Source: Bacillota bacterium
Lineage (GTDB): Bacteria > Bacillota > Clostridia > Christensenellales > Aristaeellaceae
NCBI GenBank assembly: GCA_023402355.1
Contig: JAEXCG010000179.1
Span: 27,637 to 91,636, forward strand
Length of the DNA: 64,000 bases
Reading direction: 5' to 3'
Below are positions 48,646 to 57,300 of this stretch, piece after piece. The position numbers were made by a program, and so were the translations under genes. Numbering within the stretch: position 1 is the stretch's first letter; every line of letters begins with the position of its first letter. The notes beneath the pieces are model-generated. The model had not been told where the DNA came from, did not search any database, and was given only the letters and a program-made list of their open reading frames with translations.

Positions 48646-50550
48646 CTAATTCGTGTTTTTTGTTTCCGACGCAGCCTGCGGCTTTTTATACAGGTGGTTG
48701 AGCACCACGCTGAGCGCAAACACCTTTCCATCATGCTCAATACGCATGTAGCCATCCGTGCGTTCGACGGCGCGCCGAATGCTTGAAAGGCCGATGCCAT
48801 GTCCGGCCGTCTGTTTGTGCGAGCTGGGCATCCCGTCCTCTAAGTCCAGAACGCCGCTGTAGCTGTTTCTGATCGAGATGACGAGCGCCGCGCCCTCAGG
48901 GTAAGCCCTGACATCCACAAAGCGCGCAGCCTCCCGGTCCATGTTCTCGCAGGCTTCCATCGCGTTTTGCAGCCCATTTGAGAGCACCGCGCACAGCTCC
49001 GCGCTTTTATCGATCTCCTCCTGCGGAATCCGAGCGAGGCAGGTAAAGTCAATCTCCCTTCTGCGCAGTTCGCTCGCGTAAAAGCTCAGGGACGCGTCGG
49101 CCACCAGACTTTCGCAGAAGGAGGAGAGCTGGCAGGTCTGCGTGTCCGAATAGATGGTATCGATGTACCGCGAAAGCTGCTCTGTATTTCCCATCACAGC
49201 CAGCTCCTGAATCGTTCGCAGGTGATGCTGCAGGTCGTGACGCAGGGTGCGCATCGCCTGGTTGCTCTGCTTCATCAGCTCATACCTCGACTGATTGGCC
49301 TGAAGCTGCATTTCATTGACGTCCCGCTCGTGCTGTAGCTTGAGCCGCTCTCCATTAAACGTCTCCGCGATCCCCCGCAGCACCAGCACGCAATAGAACA
49401 GCATCGAAACCGGCAGGAAGAAAAGAAACGGCAGCTTGAACTCCAAAAAGACAATCATTCGCATCGAAATCGGCAGGAGCGAGACGACATATTTCAGGTA
49501 ATCGCTAAAGTAGCCGATGAACAGCACGGCCAGTCCCAGGAAAAAGTAATTCTTCTCGGACCTGCGCAGGCGAATCCAACAGCTGAGCAGCACGCAGAAG
49601 GAGAGCAGCACTAAAAACGGTCTGAAGTAATTGCAGGACCAGACGCCCGCAAGTTGACCGGATACGCTGACGATATAAAGGAGGACGTGCGCAGAGATCG
49701 CGGCGCGCTGGACTCGTCCCCACTTCACGTTCGTAATGGCGCTGACCATCGCGTAGGAGGCGACCTGGAGAAACTGATCAAGCAGGTAAAAGGCCCAATC
49801 GTTCATCGCCGAGTAATTTCCGCTGTATCCAAAGACGATATGCAAAAGAGAGGTGTCAAGAATGAGGTAGCCGTCCCAAAGAATTGTGTATAACGCCAGC
49901 ATGGCCACCCGGCGGGCGTTCTTCCTGCTCTGGCGCAGGATGAAGCAGGACGCAAAGAGCAGCAGCGCCAGCGTCAGCGTGATCAGCGGAATGATGAGTG
50001 TAAAGGGATTTTGCAGCAGCTCGCGCTTTAAATAAGTATGCTGACTCGTAATCGCCACCTCGCGCACGAGTCCGAGTTCTCCGGCAAAGAGCGGCGGCGC
50101 CTTCAGCGTGATTTCAAGCGTTTTACCGAAATCCTCCGGATACAGTTCGATGAACACCTCGTGCATCGCCGCGCGATAGGGGTACTCCTGAATCGGAGCC
50201 TCCGCGTCGCCATAGCGATAGCGCTCGATTCCACCGATCTCTACCCGCACCTCCTGCTGCATCACACGAAAGCACACGAGCGTGCCGAACATGGGAGCCT
50301 CCGGCAGCTCCGTGCGCAGCGTCACGCTTTGCGCAGATCGGCCAAGGCTCAGCTTGGCTGGCAGCTCCACCGACGTAGGCTGGTCGATCCGGTCAGTGGT
50401 GTACGTCCATCCCGTATGGAGACTTTGGTAGATTTCCGGCTTGCGTACCGGCTCTATGTCGGCATTTACATATCGGAAAATGCCCATCAGCAGCGTCAGA
50501 AGAAAAAGCGCACCCGCCAGCGTAAACAGTCGCCACTGACGGCGATTCAT
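48646..50550 (-). CDS. sensor histidine kinase, AgrC/LytS-type GHKL kinase with an N-terminal extracytoplasmic domain and a multi-TM region
   Basis: 634 aa. Signal/TM, a ~150-aa outside domain, ~6-7 TM helices, H-box LRHDLQHHLRTIQEL, N-box LSNGLQNAMEA, and G-box GHGIGLSSI. ATGA overlap with the regulator gene. Confidence 0.85.
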   Translation of the reverse strand: MNRRQWRLFTLAGALFLLTLLMGIFRYVNADIEPVRKPEIYQSLHTGWTYTTDRIDQPTSVELPAKLSLGRSAQSVTLRTELPEAPMFGTLVCFRVMQQEVRVEIGGIERYRYGDAEAPIQEYPYRAAMHEVFIELYPEDFGKTLEITLKAPPLFAGELGLVREVAITSQHTYLKRELLQNPFTLIIPLITLTLALLLFASCFILRQSRKNARRVAMLALYTILWDGYLILDTSLLHIVFGYSGNYSAMNDWAFYLLDQFLQVASYAMVSAITNVKWGRVQRAAISAHVLLYIVSVSGQLAGVWSCNYFRPFLVLLSFCVLLSCWIRLRRSEKNYFFLGLAVLFIGYFSDYLKYVVSLLPISMRMIVFLEFKLPFLFFLPVSMLFYCVLVLRGIAETFNGERLKLQHERDVNEMQLQANQSRYELMKQSNQAMRTLRHDLQHHLRTIQELAVMGNTEQLSRYIDTIYSDTQTCQLSSFCESLVADASLSFYASELRRREIDFTCLARIPQEEIDKSAELCAVLSNGLQNAMEACENMDREAARFVDVRAYPEGAALVISIRNSYSGVLDLEDGMPSSHKQTAGHGIGLSSIRRAVERTDGYMRIEHDGKVFALSVVLNHLYKKPQAASETKNTN

Positions 50551-51272
50551 CTATTTCCCCGCCTCTCTGTCGAAATGTACATAAAGTAAGCATCGCGAAT
50601 CGCTTTCCTCGTCCTCACCTTGATGGGGACGCGCACGCCGGTGGACACCGTAAAATCCTCTTCCGCCGCGACGATGTGGTCCATGTTCACCAAATAGCTT
50701 TGATGGCAACGCAAAAAACGGCTGTCGTCCAGTTGCTTTTCCAAATCATCCAATTTCCCATAGGTTTCAATCTTTTCCGATCTTCTGTCGTTAATAATCA
50801 GCTTGTTCGCATGGCTTTCGACGTAGAGGATGGCTTCATACGGAATCCGCTGAATCTGTCCTCCGCGCCTGACGGCCAGGCTGCGTGAGGATTTTTCCCT
50901 GTCCGCGAGTATCCGGTTCATGAGCATTTCAAAGCGCGTCCTGTCGATGGGCTTTAACAGATAACCGCAGGCGAAGACATCGTAGCTTTCCAGCGCATAG
51001 TCGGGGCTCACCGTCAAAAAAGCGATCGGCACCGTCGCGTTGAGGCGCCGAATGCGCTGCGCGGTCTCAATGCCGTCCAGCCCGTGCATCAACACGTCCA
51101 GAAAAACCAGGTCAAAGACGAATCCGTTTTCAAAGCTGTCGATCAAATGGGCACCTGTTTCAAACTCCCTGAGTTCCAGCGCTTCTTTTCGATTACTAAA
51201 ATACATTTGCAGCGCCTTGATCAAATGAACTCTTTCTGTTTTGCTATCATCACAAATTGCCACATGTACCAT
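50547..51272 (-). CDS. LytTR-family DNA-binding response regulator
   Basis: 241 aa. The receiver has VAICDDS ... LVFLDVLMHGLDG. The C-terminus has FLRCHQSYLVNMDHI, the LytTR signature. Confidence 0.9.
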   Translation of the reverse strand: MVHVAICDDSKTERVHLIKALQMYFSNRKEALELREFETGAHLIDSFENGFVFDLVFLDVLMHGLDGIETAQRIRRLNATVPIAFLTVSPDYALESYDVFACGYLLKPIDRTRFEMLMNRILADREKSSRSLAVRRGGQIQRIPYEAILYVESHANKLIINDRRSEKIETYGKLDDLEKQLDDSRFLRCHQSYLVNMDHIVAAEEDFTVSTGVRVPIKVRTRKAIRDAYFMYISTERRGNR

Positions 51273-51313
51273 GGCGCTACACCTCTATTATAAGTGTAAA
51301 ATCATTTCATTAC

Positions 51314-51350
51314 CACAAAATTTCCGCCCTTTGAGAAAAAAGGGCGGAAA
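51314..51350 (-). terminator. rho-independent terminator after the giant surface-protein gene
   Basis: Minus strand: TTTCCGCCCTTT-tttctc-AAAGGGCGGAAA followed by TTTTGTGG. Confidence 0.8.
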
Positions 51351-51370
51351 TGGCTTCTTAACGCGGTGTC

Positions 51371-54300
51371 TCAGCGCACGAGCACATAGTATCCCTTCTG
51401 CAGGATGGGCGCCTCGCAATAGCCCCACCGCAGCCTGGCATCCTCCGGCTCATAAACGTAAACCGAATCCTGCGTCTGCCCTTCGACGAATTGAGGCTGC
51501 AGGTAGCTGATCTGATCTTCCTTCTTCTGTTCGGTCTGAGCGCCTATGCACAAGATTCTCGCAGCCTCCTTTTCTTCATCCGTCCAGTCGTCCCCTATTT
51601 GAATGTGAAGGGATAAATCGGGCAGCAGGGAGGTCACATCGGTCTTTACGCCGTTTACGAACATGTACGCCTCGACGTAGTAAATGGGCGACGCGCAATT
51701 CAAGTCCTCTAAAATACGCCGTTCCTCTGTGCTCAGCTCCGCCCTGCTCACCGGCTGCATGCGCAGTCTGAAGCGTGCGGCGTTTTTGACGTTTGACAGC
51801 CGCTGCTTGATCTCGAGAATATTCCTTTCGGCGAAGCTGGCGATCGGCACCATGAGCTGTGTTTCATCGAGCGTGAACGATACATGGGTGATCCTCTGTT
51901 CCGCCAGATTGCCAAGCATACGCTGAGATAGGTGCAGATCGCGCAGCGTAAACGCCTGCTCGCCCGTTTCGTCCACATCAGGCAGCGCGCTCACGTCCAG
52001 CACGGCGCGCACCGGCATAAGGGATCCTTCCTCAGTCTCTTCCGCGGAATCCGACAGCTCCGGCAGCAGCTCCAGCTCGATCTTGGCCTCAAATTCACGG
52101 TAATCGTTTTTACGGTCCGTTACGATCGAGGTGTAAACCGAATTGCCGATGCGCAGGTCACTGTCTGGCGTGATCGCAATGCGCAGCTCGCCGTCTCCGA
52201 TTTGAATGTCCTGCCATGCAAGAGGGGCGACGATCCTGAACGACGCTTCCAACAGGTCGTTATAATTGCCCGTGCCCTGTATCCGGATCACCGCTTCCCC
52301 CAGGTCTTTGTTGTTTTGGTACGAAACGGTGTAATCCGTGTCCTGCTTCAACAAAGGTCCTTTGTAATCATATACGTCGAAAGTAGGCTTGATCGACGCG
52401 CCGGTGAACTCCTGCGCGATGACCTTCGTCATCAAGCCGTATTTGCGGATCGACCTTCTTTCGATGGTAAACGAGACGTCCTTTTGTAACACTATTTGAA
52501 TGTTGTAGTTTTGGTTTTGCAGCGATCCCTGGTTGATGCGGTACACCCCTGCATCTTCCCCGGGTTCGCGCCCCAGCGACCCGGACAGCGCGTCGCCGGG
52601 CAGCATTCCTTCCACCTTATAGGTGAGCTCCGGGTCGTCCTCCAAATAAATTTTACCCTGCCCGCCGTCCGGTATTACGTTCATGTTCCTGCGGTGGATG
52701 GTAAAGAAGCCCGTATTCAAGGTCAGCGTATAGTTAGGGCTTGCGGTCAGGCCCTCCAGCGTGTACGCATAGGTACCCGCGCTTTCCCCCGTCACGCGCC
52801 TCAGGTCACCGCTTACGGTGTCGTCCGCGAGCAGGCCCGTGCAGGTATAGGAAAGCTTTTCCGGGTCAGCGTCTCCATAAACCTTTTCCTGTCCGTCCGA
52901 GGGGATGACACGCACCGGTTTCGGCGCAATCGTATAGGTCACGTTTGGCGTCAGGGTTATGGCGTAGTTCGGGTTTCTCAGCGTTCCGGGGCCGATTTCA
53001 TACGTTCCCGCATCCTCGCCCGGTTCCCGCGTGAGCTCACCTGCCAGTGCGTCGCCGTTGATAAGCGCCGGTTCGACCGTATAGCTCAGCCTTCCCGCAT
53101 CCCTGTCGCCGTATACCTTTCCCTGGTCCGCTTTAGGCGTAACCGTGACAGGCTTCGGCACGATTTCAAACGTCTCGCCCGGTACGAACGTGATGTCGTA
53201 GTTTGGGTTAGCCGTGTTTGTGATCGATCCGCGGGTAATAGAATACGTCCCCGCGAGGAATCCCTTCTCCCGTTCTAGGCTACCCCGCAGCGCATCGCCC
53301 GCGACCAGCGGTACGTCCGGCGTATACGTCAGCGCCGGTTCCGGATCGCCATACGTCTTATGCTGCCCCGCTTCCGGCGTGAGGGTGATCGGTTTACGGC
53401 TGATCGTAAGACTCCTGCCCGCGGCCGAGAACTCGATCCGATAATTCGGGTTCTCATCGTCCGTCAAAGTCCCCTGCAGGATGCCGTATGTGCCCACGTT
53501 CTCGCCCGGGACGCGGGACAGCGTGCCGGAAAGCATATCGCTTCCCACCAGACCCTCCGCCTGATAGATGAGCGTCGGGTCGTCCTCTCCGTAAACCTTG
53601 CCCTGTCCGTCCAAAGGCGTTACCGTGACGTGCTTGCGGCCGATCAGGAAGGTCACGCCTGTTTCAAAGCTCACCGCATAATTGGGATTGTTCCCATCCG
53701 TCACGCTGCCCTGTAAAATCTTGTAGTGCCCAGCGTCCTCGCCCGCTTCGCGGGACAAAGCGCCGGTTAGCTTCTCATCCTTTACGAGCCCCAGGGTCTT
53801 GTATACCAACGTGCCGTCCGTTTCTCCGTAGGTTTTGCGCTGATCCGCCACCGGCGTAATCTGAACTGGCCTGCGTGTGATTTCAAAGGTGACACCTGTG
53901 ATAAACGTAACGATGTAATTCGGATGGGCAACGTCGCCCGGCAATATTTCATAGGTTCCCACGTCCCTGCCCGCGGCGCGGGAAAGCTTTCCGCTAAGCG
54001 CGTCCTGACCTGCCAGCGCAGGACCGTCGAGGGTGCTTCCCGTGGGCAGCGTCACGTCGTACAGCAGCGTCGGAGTATCCTCCGTCCCGTCGTATGGGCG
54101 GCTTTGTCCTTTGCGCGGCGTCACAATCACTGGCCGCGGGTCGATGGAAAAATCGACGCCGGACGTAAAGGTGAGCGCATAATTGGGATTTTGGCCGTCC
54201 GTGAGCGTGCCCTGCAAAATCCCATAATCCCCCACATCCCGTCCCTTAGCCCGCGTCAGGCTTCCGCTGAGCGCATCAGAGCCCACGAGCGCCGGGCCCG

Positions 54301-57300
54301 TAAGGGGGCTGCCCGCGTTGAGCGACACCGTATAGCGTAATTCCGGCGTTGTCTCTGTACCGTCGTATACCTTGCTTTGCCCCGCGTCCGGCGTGACGAC
54401 GACAGGTCTGCGCGAGACCGTAAAGGGTACGCCCTGCGTGAATTCGACAATGTAATTGTCGTGATGCAGATCGCCCAGGGTAATATGGTACGTTCCTACC
54501 TCTTCGCCTGCGGCGCGCGAAAGCGCTCCTTGCAACACATCGCCCGCTTCGAGTCCCTCAGCGTCGTATAAAAGCGCGCCATCCGCTTCTCCATATACCT
54601 TGCCTTGCCCATTCCTCGGAACCACCTTCACGCCCTTGACCGCGATGGTGAAGAGCACGCCCTGCGTAATACTGAGCGTATAGTTCTTTCCCGCATCCAG
54701 CGTTCCCAGGGTGATTTCGTAGGTTCCTGCGTCTTCTCCCGCCGCGCGGGACAGCGCGCCCGTCACTGCATTGCCCTGGGCGAGCGGTTCGCTGAGCGTA
54801 TACGTCAGCGCCGGGTCCCCTCCCCCGTAAACCTTGCCTTGCCCTGCATTTGGGGTCACTGAAACCGCCCTAGGCAGAACGTCAAACGTCACGTCCGATA
54901 CGGAGAACTCAATTTCATAGCTCGGGTTATTATCGCTTGTCAGCGTGCCCTGCCGGATGTAATAAGCCCCCGTCTCCTCGCCGGGCTCGCGTGAAAGCGC
55001 GCCGCTGAGCCTTTCACCACCGACAAGCCCATTTCCGCCGACGGTGTATGCCAGAGTACCGTCCTGCTCCGCGTAGATCTTCGTCTGCCCCGCAGCCGGG
55101 ATGACGGTGATCTTTCTGCGCTCGATGGTGAACCGCATGCCGCCGTCGACCGTGATCGCATAGTTGACATCCTGGCCCTGTGCGTCCTGCCACGAAAAGG
55201 CATAGCTGCCGACCGCTTCGCTGTCCGCGGCGCTTCGATCACGCACGAGGTGTCCGGACAGCTTGTCTCCTGAAACAAGCGCACCCGCAGTCAATGGCTG
55301 ATAGGGAAACACGGCTGGATCCGCAAAGCCGTACTGTTTCGATTGTCCGGCTACCGGATAGATCGTGATGGGCTTGGGTTCGACGGTAAACAGAACCGAG
55401 CTGTCAAAATCGACGCGATAGTTCGGATTATGCGCGTCGTCCACCGTGCCCTGCAGGATGGTATAGCTGCCCGCGGCCTCTCCGGATGCGCGCGCGAGCT
55501 GTCCGCTGAGCGAAATCCCGTCCGCCACCGCATAGGTCAGCACGGCGTCGGGTTCTCCGTACACCTTTGTCTGTCCGCTTTGCGGCATCACGGTGACGGG
55601 CTTCCTATCGATCTGAACCGTCTCGCTGCCCGTCGCCGGGTTATAATTTTCGCACGTCACCTGATAATAGACGACGTAGGTTCCTGCATCCTTAAACGTC
55701 GGTGCGTTGGAAGTATAGTCCGCCGTGTCGCCCACGCGATAGGTGATCCGGGCACCTGAGACCGTGCAGGAAACGGCGATCCCGTGCGCGTTTCCGTCGT
55801 ACTCCCCCGCATATCCCTGCGCAGTCACGGTGAGCGCGGCAGGGGTAACCATAAGCGGTTTTACAGCGGTCGTCGCTGTCGCCGTCATGCCATTGAGCGT
55901 ATAGGTCGCAGTGATGACGCAATGATAGCGATAGCTTCCCACCGCTTTGCCGACGGGGACAGAATAGCTCATTTTTGTCGCTTCCGCGATCGGTGCGTCC
56001 CCTTCATACCACTGATAGCTCAGCGTATGATCCGCCGCAGCGCTCGCGGTGGCCGTCAGCGTGCAGGCGTTCTCCGCATACCCGTAGACCAGTTCATCAA
56101 CGGAAATGCTGATTCCGACAGACCTCGGCGGCGTTGCCTGCACCGCGTCCCAAATCGCGTAGAGCCTGACCTCTTCCGACTCTGCGTCGCTGGAAAGAAC
56201 GGGAATTTTGAAGGAATCGTTTGGAGAGTGCAGCGCGTCCGTGCCGTCTGCCGCGGTATTCCAGCCCTTAAACGTATAGCCGGGGCGGGTAAAGCCGTTC
56301 TTCGGAAGCGTGGTCGTCTCCGCCTCGTAGCCGGAGAGGGACCCGACTGACCCGCTTGCCGCGCCGTTTCCGTCAAATACAAGCGTGCGCTGCCGGGCCG
56401 GGTGCGGGTTTTCCGAATCCTCCCCGTCTACTTTTTTGTAGACGATGCGCACATCGTAGGAGGGGGATTCAAAGCCTTCGTCGTCCGTCAGCATGAACGT
56501 GACGGTATGCAGCGAATCGGCCTCCCAGCCGTCAGGAATCGGGATGTTGAAGGTCTGCGAATCCCGGCCCGAGGCATCCGTGACCTCTTTTCCCGTTCCG
56601 CTTGTGTAGGCACCGTTATCCAGCTTGTACTTCGGCGTCACGATGCGCCCCTGCTTGTCCTCGTAATCGATCGTCACGTCGATCGTATCGGTCATATTCA
56701 CCTGATGCGCGATGATTTGCAGCACGGAGTCAATTTTAAACGTAGCGGTGCGCTCGACGGTTCCTCCGGCAGATAGTTCAACCGTCCAAGAGTAGGCGAT
56801 CCCGCTGTCTATGTCACTTACCGAATCTTTGTCGACGCTCGTAAATACGTTCTCTGAGCGACTGGTATAGCCTCCAAACCATACGGTCGTCGGGTTCTCG
56901 ATCGAAAGATTAAAGCGTGCGCCCTTCGTGGAAGTACTGGTATCCTCCATGACGAGTCCGCTTCCCCGCTTCCCCTCGATCCAGGTAACGGTAGCCCGGT
57001 CGTTATCGCCGATCTGCGTGTCCGCACAGCTACCGATTTTCACAGTGATGGCATTCTGCGAGTCCGGGTTAGAGAGAATGTACTTCACCTGAACGGTCCG
57101 TCCGCCATCGTCAAGCCTGATTTCCTGTTTGAAGTCGACCGGCGTCTCGGCGTCGCCCAACGTCACGCGGGTGACATTGCCGTTCGTAACTCCTTTTGGG
57201 ATTTGCTGCTTCGTATTTCCGTCATCGCCCAACTGGATGTAATTTTGATATCCGTTATCGCTGTAGGTCGTTTTGATAAAAGAAGTCTTAAAATACCCCT

